42,557 bases of DNA from Acidobacteriota bacterium (GTDB lineage: Bacteria; Acidobacteriota; Thermoanaerobaculia; Multivoradales; J023), in assembly GCA_039029035.1 (NCBI GenBank), contig JBCCGX010000001.1, forward strand, positions 1-42,557, written 5' to 3'. A program made the translations under genes and the position numbers. The notes under the pieces were generated by a model. It worked only from the letters and a program-made list of their open reading frames with translations, was not told the DNA's origin and made no database searches. This document shows, piece by piece, positions 17,439 through 28,579 of this stretch (position 1 is the stretch's first letter; every line of letters starts with the position of its first letter).

Positions 17439-20400
17439 TCAGTCGAGGGTCAGGCGTTGCCAGCCGCCGTCTCCGACTTGGTTGTCCGGATTCTTCACCT
17501 TGACTCCGATCCAGTTCCAGTTTTGGGGATCGGGCTGGAAGGGATCTGTCGGCAGCGGCGGCTCGTTGATGTTGAAGGTCGGGTTGACCGGCGGACCCTG
17601 ATCGAGCAGGGCGTTCTGTACTCCGGGAGCGTGCGGGCCGCCGAGCATCGTCATGTAGTACATCAGCGCATCGAGCTCCACCGCCGTCTCCCAGGTCCGG
17701 CTGCCGTCCGCCAGCACCTCGTCGGTGGGGTGGATCGGCAGCTCGATCTCGAGCAGGGTCGGCTGGTTCGGATCGTCGATCGGCAAAGTGGGATCGGGCG
17801 CCGGTCCTCCGATCTGATCCTGCCGATAGAGCAGGAGCTTGGCGCCTTGCAGAATGTTCTTGCCCGACACGCGGAAGCGCCGCGATGGGTCGTGCCGGAT
17901 CTCTTCGAGGCCGAAGCCCTGTCCGATCAAGGCATGCTGGAAGAGGCGCACGACATGGGGAAAGAACCCACCATGGTCTTCTTCGTAGCCCAGGCTCGGG
18001 TTGGTGGGATCGGTGAGCTCGGCCCAGAAGCGGGTCATTTGGGGTACGTCGGCATAGGCCGTGTTGGGGCGCATCGGCTGCAGCATCAGGTAGTCCGGCG
18101 CCGCGGTGTTCGAGAGCTGCGACACCGCCGTGGTCGGCGAGGCGACACGGCGCTCGCTGCCCAGGGGTGTGCCGGTCAACACCAGCCGATCGTCGCTGGT
18201 GGTCAGCAAGTTGAGCAGCCCTTGAAAGGTGAACGGCGAGCCCCCGGGCTCCTCACGGTAGGTCGGTGCGACACCGGTGACGTCATACCAGAAGCCGCGA
18301 TCGCCGCTGGCCGAGAAGAATTGCGCCGCCAGGCCGATATTGGCGACTTTCGCCTGGTCTTGCAGCACCTGGGCGGCCAGGTTCGCCAGGTTCAGGGAGG
18401 TCGGGTCGACCGGATCGTGCACCCGGTCGTCGGCGGTGTAGGGGATGCCGGCCAGCGGCGCGACGCCCCAATCCATCTCGTGGACGAATTGGTTCAACGC
18501 TTCGAGCTCGTCGCAAAGCTCGAACACCCCCGGGGTGACCGGCGTCTGGCACATGTCGGAGAAGAAGAACTGGTTGAAGGCGTTGATGCTCGCCAGGCGG
18601 TTGGCGTTCGGTAGCAGGATGTTCTGGTCGGAAAAGAAGCCGGTGTGGGCCATACCCTCGAGACCAGACAGCGGCGACAGCTGCGGGAAGTCGGAGCCGC
18701 TGCGGTCGAGCCGGGCCTCTTTCTGGAACAGGCCGCGCAACGCCGCCGTCTCGATCGGCTGGTTGGCCAGCGGAAGGCCAGCACGGTCGAACGGGGAGTC
18801 GCCTTCGATGAACTCGGTCAGCTTGTTGTTGCTGCCCTCGGGCAAGGCGTGGCAGTGGACGCAAGACCGGCTGTCGGAGTTGAGCATGTGGTAGATCTTC
18901 ATCCCTAGCTGGGCCCCCGTGCCGCGGTTCGGATCCACCGCGTCGACGCTGTCGGGATCGCCAAAATCACCGCTGAATGCGCGGCCGAGCGGCTGCTTGG
19001 GGTTGGGTGGGTAGTGCACCGAGTTGATGTACTCCTCGTAGTCTTCCATCTGATCGTCGGTGAGCTCGTTGTTGCGGCCGAGGAGCGAGACGAAAGCCGG
19101 GTTGAAATCGATGAAGGTGGCGTTGTCGCCTCGCCAATGGTACGGAGCGTTGGTCGTCAGTTGCTGGGTGGTGGGGTCGAGCTCGAAGTTGAGCAAACCT
19201 TGCAGCGACTGAGTGACCATGAACTCCTTGTCATCGGGCCAGTTGAAGAGCACCGGATTGCCAATCATGTCGTCGAGGCCAGCAGGAAATGCCGGGCCGG
19301 CGGTAGCCGGTGTGCCGAGGTGCCAGGCAAGACCGTCGGTGCGCGCATCCGTATGGCAGCTGGCGCAAGAGTCGAAGCCGTTGCCCGATAGCTTGGCGTC
19401 GTAGAGGAAGCGCTGGCCGATCAAGATGTAATCTGGTCGGGGATCGTGGTTCAGCCGCACGTTGTCGAGCTCGGTCTCGGCCACCGGATCGATAATGGTC
19501 AGCGAGTTCTCCAACCGGTTGAGCACGTAGAGGCGCTGCATGGGTCCATCCATCAAGGCCAGGGCGCGGGGCCCTGCCTTGGCGACGTTCGGCGCACCGG
19601 CGAGGGAAACGTTGATCTTGCGCCGTGGCCAGGTGTTCGGGTTGGTGGCGAAATTGGGCTCCAAGACACCGACCCGATCCGAGCCAAAGGCGGTAAAGAA
19701 GACCTTGAGCGATCCACCGGGGGGCGTGAAGGCGACGATGCTGGTGAGCTGTGCCAGGGCGTCCTTCTTCTTCGCCGGCCCCACCAGCGGTAGAGGCTCG
19801 ATAGGCCTGGCCGCTGCTTTGCTGGTCGGTGTGGTGAGCGGGTCGAGGGGCAAACCGTTGGGTGGTTCGAAGATCACTGCCTGGGACACCAGGTTGACGT
19901 CGCGACCCTTGACTTGCGGAGCGGGGCCGCAGACGTCCTTCACCATGTAGACGAAGCTCTCGACAAAGCCGGTCGGTGCGGTCGCCACCACCGGCTCGGT
20001 CAGCCGGGTCTCGTTCAAGGCCTCGCCGGAGACGACGAAGAGGTCACCATTCGATAGGGTCATGTTGAAGTTGGTGCTACCGAGCTGACCGAGGTCGGAC
20101 ACCGTGAGGGCGGTGAGGTCGACGATGTAGAGGGCATAGTCGAAGTAGGTTGGATCGGTGCCGACGCTGGCCGATTCGTTGCCGCCCTTCATGCCGAGGA
20201 TCAACAGACAGTCGTTGTGTACGGCGATCGCCCGCGGCTCCTTCAAAGCGATTTGATCGGGCAGGGTGTCGCCGTCGAGGTCGCCTTTCTGTACTGCGGC
20301 GTCGATGAGGGCGAGGCCAGGCAGAGCGTCGAGGGTCAGGGCGTCGCGCCAGCCCCAGCCGTCGAGTGTCATGTGGGTGACGAAGAGGGTCTCCCGCGCT

Positions 20401-20852
20401 ACACCGGCCGGATCTTTGTCGTAGAAGGCGATGTCGACCGGCTCGTCACCGACGTAGGTGGTCTGCAGCAGCTTGGCGGCGAGCGAGCTCGGGCCGGAGG
20501 GGCCAGAGAGCTCGATGATGCTGATCGAGTCGCCGAGGAAGTTGGCAACGTAGAGCCACGATCGGCCGGCGTGGAAGCGCACCGTGACCGGCTCCAGGCC
20601 GACCCGGATGCGCAGCAAGAAGCGGTTGGCGATCGGTAGGGATTCGTCGGTATCCCAGATCTCGATCGAGTTGTCCGGAGTGTTGCACACGGCGAGATAG
20701 GTATGACCGTCGACCTGCGCCAGCTCGAGCGGGTGTACCTGGGGGCTTTCGACATTCATGTAGGTCGTGCGCCCCTGGCCCATCGCCGGCACGCTGCAGA
20801 GCAGCGCAGCCGCGAGCATCATTCGGACGACTTTTCCCAGTCCCTCTTGCAT
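17439..20852 (-). CDS. Secreted beta-propeller protein fused to a di-heme cytochrome c peroxidase/MauG-like domain (larger paralogue of 2140-5064)
   Basis: ORF 17439..20987. ATG at 20852 has the SD aggaaaggagag and a signal peptide MMLAAALLCSVPAMGQ. It shares the N-terminal ESPQVHPL block with the paralogue. CASCH lies at 19353-19367 and CVHCH at 18849-18863. YHWRGDN corresponds to HHWRGDR in the paralogue. Confidence 0.7.
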   Translation of the reverse strand: MQEGLGKVVRMMLAAALLCSVPAMGQGRTTYMNVESPQVHPLELAQVDGHTYLAVCNTPDNSIEIWDTDESLPIANRFLLRIRVGLEPVTVRFHAGRSWLYVANFLGDSISIIELSGPSGPSSLAAKLLQTTYVGDEPVDIAFYDKDPAGVARETLFVTHMTLDGWGWRDALTLDALPGLALIDAAVQKGDLDGDTLPDQIALKEPRAIAVHNDCLLILGMKGGNESASVGTDPTYFDYALYIVDLTALTVSDLGQLGSTNFNMTLSNGDLFVVSGEALNETRLTEPVVATAPTGFVESFVYMVKDVCGPAPQVKGRDVNLVSQAVIFEPPNGLPLDPLTTPTSKAAARPIEPLPLVGPAKKKDALAQLTSIVAFTPPGGSLKVFFTAFGSDRVGVLEPNFATNPNTWPRRKINVSLAGAPNVAKAGPRALALMDGPMQRLYVLNRLENSLTIIDPVAETELDNVRLNHDPRPDYILIGQRFLYDAKLSGNGFDSCASCHTDARTDGLAWHLGTPATAGPAFPAGLDDMIGNPVLFNWPDDKEFMVTQSLQGLLNFELDPTTQQLTTNAPYHWRGDNATFIDFNPAFVSLLGRNNELTDDQMEDYEEYINSVHYPPNPKQPLGRAFSGDFGDPDSVDAVDPNRGTGAQLGMKIYHMLNSDSRSCVHCHALPEGSNNKLTEFIEGDSPFDRAGLPLANQPIETAALRGLFQKEARLDRSGSDFPQLSPLSGLEGMAHTGFFSDQNILLPNANRLASINAFNQFFFSDMCQTPVTPGVFELCDELEALNQFVHEMDWGVAPLAGIPYTADDRVHDPVDPTSLNLANLAAQVLQDQAKVANIGLAAQFFSASGDRGFWYDVTGVAPTYREEPGGSPFTFQGLLNLLTTSDDRLVLTGTPLGSERRVASPTTAVSQLSNTAAPDYLMLQPMRPNTAYADVPQMTRFWAELTDPTNPSLGYEEDHGGFFPHVVRLFQHALIGQGFGLEEIRHDPSRRFRVSGKNILQGAKLLLYRQDQIGGPAPDPTLPIDDPNQPTLLEIELPIHPTDEVLADGSRTWETAVELDALMYYMTMLGGPHAPGVQNALLDQGPPVNPTFNINEPPLPTDPFQPDPQNWNWIGVKVKNPDNQVGDGGWQRLTLD

Positions 20853-21037
20853 GGAGCTCTCCTTTCCTGACGAGTTGGGCTGCCGGAGAGCTGCAGCATC
20901 CGTTGGCGTAACGTAATGAGATATTGCGCTAATTCGATGGGTTGCTGTAGACAACCCCGCGAAGCAGCGCGGTCGCTCGGCCGGCAACGTGTAACGGACG
21001 ACTTAGTCAATAACGTCCGTTTTGTGCCGGAGAGGGG

Positions 21038-21481
21038 TCAAATTGTCTGGTCTGGAGCCGTCTCGCCGCGTTCGGCGCGTACCGTCACCGCGATGCCGCC
21101 GCGGGGATGAAAGCGGCCGACGAGCCGTAGCCACGTGGGGCGCAGCTGGCGGTAGAGGTCTTCGGCGATCTCGTCGACCAGGCTCTCGTTGAAGGCCGGC
21201 CGCTCGCGGTAGCGCCACAAGTAGAGCTTCAGCGATTTTGTCTCCACCAAGTGTCGGCCCGGCTCGTAGTCGATGTCGAGTGTGGCGAAGTCGGGGTGCC
21301 CGGTGACCGGGCAAAGCGAGGTGAACTCGCTGCATTCCAGGTGGACCGCAATCCGCCCGCCGGTCCACGGGATGAGGTCGACTTCGTCGACCGGTTGGTT
21401 CGAGGCTTTGCCGAGATGCTGGGGAGTGAAATCCTGTGGCTCTGAAGGCGGTTGGTCTGAAGACGATGGTTCTGAAGACAT
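21038..21481 (-). CDS. queF: NADPH-dependent 7-cyano-7-deazaguanine (preQ0) reductase, type I
   Basis: EFTSLCPVTGHPDFATLDIDY (catalytic Cys block) and the QueF motif ETKSLKLYLW. Length 147 aa. Confidence 0.85.
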   Translation of the reverse strand: MSSEPSSSDQPPSEPQDFTPQHLGKASNQPVDEVDLIPWTGGRIAVHLECSEFTSLCPVTGHPDFATLDIDYEPGRHLVETKSLKLYLWRYRERPAFNESLVDEIAEDLYRQLRPTWLRLVGRFHPRGGIAVTVRAERGETAPDQTI

Positions 21482-22207
21482 TGTGGCATTCTCGCACCTT
21501 GCAGGGCCGATCGATAGAGGCGGCCGAGAAGTCGGTTAGACTCGCAGCGATGCAAGCCAAAGAGCTACGTTTCCAGGCGACTCGCAGCTCAGGTGACGTG
21601 TCGGCTTTGCTGGTCCGGCCCGACGATGCGTGCTGTCTGCTGATCCTCGGTCACGGGGCCGGCGCCGGCATGCGACACGCCTTCATGGAGTCGATCTGTG
21701 AGCGCCTGGCCGAGCGCGGGATCGCTACCTTTCGCTACCAGTTCCCCTACATGGAGCAGGGCAGGAAGCGGCCCGACCACCGCAACATCTTACTCAAGAC
21801 CATCCGCTCCACGGTGGCCGCAGCGACCGAAGCCGCCGCCGGCCTACCGCTTTTCGCTGGCGGCAAATCGATGGGGGGACGGATGACCTCCATGGCGGCG
21901 GCGAAAGAGGCGCTGCCCGGAGTCCAGGGGCTGGTCTTCTTCGGCTTCCCCCTGCATCCTGCCGGCAAGCCCGGCACGGAGCGCGGCGAGCACCTGGCAG
22001 AGGTCGACGTACCGATGCTCTTCCTCCAGGGCACCCGTGACAAGCTGGCCGGTCTCGATCTGTTGCGCCCGATCTGCCAAGGGCTTGGCGAGCGAGCGAC
22101 CCTACACATCGTCGAAGGCGGTGATCACTCGTTCCACGTTCTGAAGCGGTCCGGCCGCACCCATGGCGAAGTGCTCGACGAGCTCGCCGATACGACGCAG
22201 GATTGGA

Positions 22208-23761
<1,554 letters not shown>

Positions 23762-23979
23762 CGTCGCTCCGTGCGGCCGGGTCGAGGGCGCGTCAGCCCG
23801 CCGACGATGGATGTAGGATACCGGTACTGATGCGATCCGATCGCTCGCTGGCGAACAAATTGCCCGCCAGCGGCGTAGAAGCGAGGACCCGAGGCCTGAC
23901 CTCTCCGGGCTTCAGCTTTCGATCCCCGCCAAATATTTCTTTAGAAGGCCTCTAGAAGGTTCTGACAGGAGCTGCCGTC

Positions 23980-25755
23980 ATGCAGAAACGTAATGTCGCC
24001 ATCTTGCTCGTTTTCGCCGTCTTTGTTCTCGCCATGATCGCCGTCGGTCTGTTGCTCGTCTCCAGCTTTGGCAAGAGTAGCCTGGGCTTCGGCGGTGTGG
24101 CCGCGGGGACGATCCTCGAAGTCGATTTCGAGACCGCCGTGCTGGAGTACATTCCGCCGGATCCTGTGGCTCAGCTGACCCTGCAGGAGACACCCCAGGT
24201 GCGCGACCTGGTAGAGGCCCTGGTCAAGGCGGCCGACGACGACCGGATCGTCGGGCTGGTCGCCCGGGTCGGCCAAGGCGGTATGGGCGTCGCCCAACTG
24301 CAGGAGATTCGTGATGCCGTGCTCGCCTTTCGCGCCGGCGGCAAACCGGCCTATGCCTTCGCCGAGACTTTCGGTGAGGTCAACACCGGCAACTCGAGCT
24401 ACTACCTGGCGACCGCCTTCGACAAGATCTTCCTGCAGCAGTCTGGCGACGTGAACATCACCGGTTTGCTGGTCGACAATCCGTTCTTGCGCGGGATGCT
24501 CGAGAAGATCGGTGTCGAGCCGCGCATGGACCATCGGCACGAGTTCAAGAATGCCATGAACATGTTTACCGAGACCGAGTTGACCGAGGCCCATCGCGAA
24601 GCCAGTCGAGCGCTGATGACGTCGATCTTCGACCAGATGGTCGCCGGCATGGCCGAGGGGCGCAACATGACACAGGAGAGGTTCCGCGAGCTCATCGCGG
24701 CAGGCCCCTTCTACGGTCAGGAGGCGCTCGACAACGGTTTGGTCGATGCGCTGGCCTACCGCGACGAGGTCTACGCTCAGATGCGTGACGCCGCCGGCAG
24801 TGACTCGAGTCTGCTGTACCTTGGTGCCTATCTCGACCAGGGGCGGGCCTGGAACAAGGGCGAGGCGATCGCCTTGATCTACGGCGTCGGCGGGATCACC
24901 CGTGGCGAGAGTCAGTTCAATGCCGCCAGCGGCTCGGCGACGATGGGATCGGACACGGTGGCCGCCGCTCTTCGTGCTGCGGTGGCGGATGACGACGTGC
25001 GAGCGATTCTCTTTCGCATCGACTGCAATGGCGGTTCCTACGTGGCCTCGGATACGGTGCTGCGCGAGGTGAAGCGCGCTCAGGAAGCGGGTAAGCCGGT
25101 GATCGTCTCGATGGGCAACGTCGCAGCTTCCGGGGGTTACTTCGTAGCCCTTTCGGCCGACAAGATCGTCGCCCAGCCGAGCACCATCACGGCGTCGATC
25201 GGTGTCCTCGGCGGCAAGCTCCTGACCAACGGGCTGTGGGAGAAGATCGGTTTGTCCTGGGACGGTGTGGCGACCAGCGCCAACGCCTCGATGTGGTCCA
25301 GCACCCACGACTACGACGAAGCCCAATGGGAGCGCCACACTTTCTGGCTCGATCGGGTCTACGAGGACTTCACCACCAAGGTGGCCGAAGGGCGGGACTT
25401 GCCGATCGAGCGCGTGCGCGAGATCGCCAAAGGGCGGGTGTGGACCGGCGCCCAGGCCAAGGAGAACGGGTTAGTCGACGAGCTAGGCGGTTTCCCGGTT
25501 GCCCTGCGCCTCGCCCGGGAAGCGATTGGCCTGACAGCCGACGCCTCGATCGAGCTGCGGTCCTTCCCGCCACCGCGGACCTTCTGGGAGGAGCTCATGG
25601 CCGACGGCCCGACGTCGAGCGAGGCGGCGGTCGTGGCGATGGCAAGAATGCTCGAGACCGTCCGGCCGATGGCCCGGATGGCCGAACGCATCGGCCTGAT
25701 CGAGACCTATCCCAAGACCTTGGCGCTGCCGGAGGACATGATTCCGCGGCCCTGA
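23980..25755 (+). CDS. sppA: Signal peptide peptidase SppA, 67K type
   Basis: 591 aa with an N-terminal TM segment, two ClpP/crotonase-like halves, and the catalytic-region block MGNVAASGGYFVALSADKIVAQPSTITASIGV. The SD aggag sits before the ATG. Confidence 0.85.
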   Translation: MQKRNVAILLVFAVFVLAMIAVGLLLVSSFGKSSLGFGGVAAGTILEVDFETAVLEYIPPDPVAQLTLQETPQVRDLVEALVKAADDDRIVGLVARVGQGGMGVAQLQEIRDAVLAFRAGGKPAYAFAETFGEVNTGNSSYYLATAFDKIFLQQSGDVNITGLLVDNPFLRGMLEKIGVEPRMDHRHEFKNAMNMFTETELTEAHREASRALMTSIFDQMVAGMAEGRNMTQERFRELIAAGPFYGQEALDNGLVDALAYRDEVYAQMRDAAGSDSSLLYLGAYLDQGRAWNKGEAIALIYGVGGITRGESQFNAASGSATMGSDTVAAALRAAVADDDVRAILFRIDCNGGSYVASDTVLREVKRAQEAGKPVIVSMGNVAASGGYFVALSADKIVAQPSTITASIGVLGGKLLTNGLWEKIGLSWDGVATSANASMWSSTHDYDEAQWERHTFWLDRVYEDFTTKVAEGRDLPIERVREIAKGRVWTGAQAKENGLVDELGGFPVALRLAREAIGLTADASIELRSFPPPRTFWEELMADGPTSSEAAVVAMARMLETVRPMARMAERIGLIETYPKTLALPEDMIPRP

Positions 25756-25756
25756 T

Positions 25757-26605
25757 CTACCACATGGCGATGATGCGCAGCGGTGCGCCGCTGCCGCCTT
25801 CGATCTTCATCGGCAGCGCCACCACGAGGAAGTCCTTCGCTGGTAGCTGATCGAGATTGGCGACGTTCTCGAAAGCCGGGATCTCGGCCTCGAAGAGAGC
25901 GACATGGCTCTCGTAGAGGGTGCTCTGACCGTAGTCGATCGAAGGCGTGTCGAGGCCGATGGCGGCGATGTTGCGCTCGGCCACGAGCCACTCGGCAGCG
26001 GCCGGGCCGAGACCGGGGAAGTGGAGCTCAGGGACCGCTTCCGGTCCGGTCCGGTCGGTGCCCAGGTAGGCGCTGCGATCGCCCCAATGCTGGCCATGGC
26101 CGGTGTTCACGAGAACGATCGCACCGTCCGGCAGCGTGCCATGGCGTGCCTCCCAGCCCTCCAAGTCGGCGACGCTGACCAGGTAGTCGGGATCCTGCGA
26201 CGCCCGTTCGCTGACGTCGACCACGACGCCGGGAGCAACCAAGCGATCGAGGGCGATGGCGTCGACCGTCGAGCGGCCTTCGGCGAAATGGATCGGCGCG
26301 TCGACGTGGGTGCCGCCGTGCTCGGCACTGGAAAAGCGATTGGCAGCGTAGTAGTAGCCCTTGTCGGTGTGACCGGCGGCGAGGATCTCGAGATCGAAAC
26401 CCTGGGTGTCCGTCGGCCAGTAGATGGTGGTCGGACCGAAGGCATGGGTCAGGTCGACCAAGTTCTCTGGCGTCGACGGGCCGGCGTCCGCCGTCTCGGC
26501 CGGCGTGGCTTCGGTAGCGGCCGGCGGTGTGGGCTGGGGCGCACAGGCGCCGAGCAGAGCGAGTATTGCGGTCAGGGCCAGCCGGGGGGTGGGCGATCCG
26601 AGCAT
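25757..26605 (-). CDS. Cyclase family protein (kynurenine-formamidase-like), secreted/lipoprotein
   Basis: Signal peptide with LLGAC. Metal motif HGGTHVDAPIH. DLTHAF near the N-terminus. The SD ggagga sits before the ATG at 26605. Confidence 0.8.
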   Translation of the reverse strand: MLGSPTPRLALTAILALLGACAPQPTPPAATEATPAETADAGPSTPENLVDLTHAFGPTTIYWPTDTQGFDLEILAAGHTDKGYYYAANRFSSAEHGGTHVDAPIHFAEGRSTVDAIALDRLVAPGVVVDVSERASQDPDYLVSVADLEGWEARHGTLPDGAIVLVNTGHGQHWGDRSAYLGTDRTGPEAVPELHFPGLGPAAAEWLVAERNIAAIGLDTPSIDYGQSTLYESHVALFEAEIPAFENVANLDQLPAKDFLVVALPMKIEGGSGAPLRIIAMW

Positions 26606-26791
26606 GGTTTGTCCTCCGGAGTTTCGTGTCGGTGACTCTCACCTGCCATCCTACCGTGATCATTCTGTGAACCGCCGCTGTTATAGTCGCCGATCATTCG
26701 AGCGAAGCGATGAAGAGACGGGCCTTACAGCGCCTTCCACAAAGAAGACCTCCAGCGTCGAGGGCACGGCGAATGCCGAGGCGATACGACC

Positions 26792-28579
26792 ATGATGCAT
26801 AGAGCCGTGTCGGACACGGAGGCCTTCGGCGCTGGTTTGCCGGGTCCAGTCGATCGCTCGACCGAGACGAAGCAAGAAGGCAGGGGTTGTTGGTGCGGTG
26901 CGGCCCGGCTCGAAGCCCTCGGGGCTGACTACGGCCGCTGTTCGGATTGCGGTACCGTGGTCTACAACCAGCCCTACGACCCGACTGACTACCTCGGAAC
27001 CGGCCCATCGGATTTTTATGGTGACCGCTACTGGGAGCGGCACGTTCCCGAGCACCTCGGTCTGCCGCGGTTGGCGGAGCGTGGCAGGACCGATCTACCG
27101 GATCGCTCGGTCTACCACCTCACGCGCATCCTCGACCATCTGGCCCCTGGGAGCCGTGTCCTGGAGCTCGGCTGCGGTTCCGGTAGCTTGACCTACCTCT
27201 TGCGGCAGGCCGGCTTCGATGCCCTGGGCCTCGAGATGGGCCCCGGGGTGATCGCCTGGGCGCGCCAGCACTTTGCTATCGACGTAGTGCGTGGGCCGCT
27301 CGAAGCTCTCGCCGAGACCGAGACCTTCGATGCGATCGTCGCCATCGATGTTTTGGAGCACCTGCCCGATCCTCAGACCACGCTGCAGCATTGTGCGCAG
27401 CACCTCGAGAAGGGCGGCCTGCTCTTCCAGCAAACGCCTCGATACCGCGGTGAAGGGCCGGACTGGGAGATGCTGCTGCCGCGCGAGCACCTTTATCTGT
27501 TCACCGAGGAGGCGGTCGAGCGCCTCCTCGTCGAGGCGGGATTCGACGCTGTTTCGACCAGCGACAGCCTCTTCCCCTATGACATGTGGGTGGTCGCGTC
27601 GCGTCGCGCGCTGGTTCAGCGTCCCGATCCCCTCCAAGGGGTGACACCGGTCGCCCTCGCTTTGATTGATGCTTATGCTGCCCTCGAGGCGATTCGCGTC
27701 GAGAACCAGGCGATCCGGGCGGATCGGGAGGCACAGGAGGAGGTCAATGCCCGACTGAGCCGCGATCTCGAGTCGATGCGCGACGACCAGCAGGCGAAAG
27801 ATGCCCTGCTACAGGAGCAGGACCGACAGATCGCCAGTCTGCGAGACGATCAACAGCAGAAAGAAGCGCTCATCCGTCGTTTGTCTGGCGATTTGGGCGA
27901 CGTCCGAAACGATCAGCAGGCGAAGAGCGACCAGATCGACGGTTTGAGCACTGATCTGGGCTCGGCCCGGTGCGATCTGGAGGCAGTCCGGGCCGATCAG
28001 CGGGCCAAGGGTGATCTGATCGATCAGTTGACCGCGAACCTGGAGGCGGTGGGTGTTGATCGGCAGGCGAAGAGCGACCTGATCGATGCACTGAGCACCG
28101 AGCTGGAGTCGGTGCGTGGCGATCAGCAAGCCAAGGAAGGTCTGATCGGCCGCTTGAATGCCGAGCTGGAGTCGGTGCGTGGCGATCAGCAAGCCAAGGC
28201 GGACCTGATCGGTCGCCTGAACACCGATCTCGAGTCGACGCGCGCCGACCAGCAGGCCAAAGAAGCCTTGATCGATCGCTTGAGCTCCGACCTCGAGTCG
28301 ACTCGCGAGGACCAGCAGGCCAAGGGCGAGGTCATCCGACGCCTGCACGACAAGCTCCGACCGCTGCAGGCCGACCAGATTCTGAAGGGGCAGCGGATCG
28401 ATCAGCTGACCGCTGAGCTGGCCGAAGTGATGCACGATCAGCAGGCGCGGGCTGAGACGATCGACCGTCTCGACCAGGAGCTCCGGACGGCGAATGCAGA
28501 GCTCGAAGCGATTCGTGCGGGGCGCCTCTATCGTTGGTCCCAGGCGCTGCGATATCGAGTCAGTAAGGGGCGCCGCTGA
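26792..28579 (+). CDS. Class I SAM-dependent methyltransferase with an N-terminal Cys4 zinc-ribbon and a ~280-aa C-terminal coiled coil built from 21-residue repeats
   Basis: CWCG...CSDCG, then SAM motif I VLELGCGSGSLT, then about 12 repeats of the form R.DQQAK..LI.RL..DLES., then a basic aromatic tail GRLYRWSQALRYRVSKGRR. The stop codon overlaps the next gene's ATG (TGATG). Confidence 0.8.
   Translation: MMHRAVSDTEAFGAGLPGPVDRSTETKQEGRGCWCGAARLEALGADYGRCSDCGTVVYNQPYDPTDYLGTGPSDFYGDRYWERHVPEHLGLPRLAERGRTDLPDRSVYHLTRILDHLAPGSRVLELGCGSGSLTYLLRQAGFDALGLEMGPGVIAWARQHFAIDVVRGPLEALAETETFDAIVAIDVLEHLPDPQTTLQHCAQHLEKGGLLFQQTPRYRGEGPDWEMLLPREHLYLFTEEAVERLLVEAGFDAVSTSDSLFPYDMWVVASRRALVQRPDPLQGVTPVALALIDAYAALEAIRVENQAIRADREAQEEVNARLSRDLESMRDDQQAKDALLQEQDRQIASLRDDQQQKEALIRRLSGDLGDVRNDQQAKSDQIDGLSTDLGSARCDLEAVRADQRAKGDLIDQLTANLEAVGVDRQAKSDLIDALSTELESVRGDQQAKEGLIGRLNAELESVRGDQQAKADLIGRLNTDLESTRADQQAKEALIDRLSSDLESTREDQQAKGEVIRRLHDKLRPLQADQILKGQRIDQLTAELAEVMHDQQARAETIDRLDQELRTANAELEAIRAGRLYRWSQALRYRVSKGRR
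27713..28516 (+). repeat. Coding tandem array of about twelve 63-bp (21-codon) units, two of them 84 bp
   Basis: Read directly. For example, gagtcggtgcgtggcgatcagcaagccaagg occurs twice 63 bp apart (near 28104 and 28167). Neighbouring units are diverged copies. Confidence 0.9.

Noticed and set aside
1933-21507. Recurrence of the octamer cttgcagg / cctgcaag (near 1933, 3258, 7041, 8892, 21499 and 33527) as a possible dispersed motif.
   Set aside because: After collapsing tandem copies there are about six loci against roughly one to two expected for this composition. Several are inside coding sequence in different frames. This is too weak to call a functional element without genome-wide statistics.
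21482-21549. A preQ1 riboswitch or other leader upstream of queF.
   Set aside because: The spacer is only about 68 bp, is shared with a divergent gene start, and shows no compact hairpin plus A-rich tail resembling preQ1 aptamers.
27713-28516. Regularly spaced 63-bp repeats that could superficially suggest a CRISPR-like array.
   Set aside because: The units are contiguous with no unique spacers, remain in one open reading frame, and encode heptad-periodic coiled-coil repeats. There are no cas genes.
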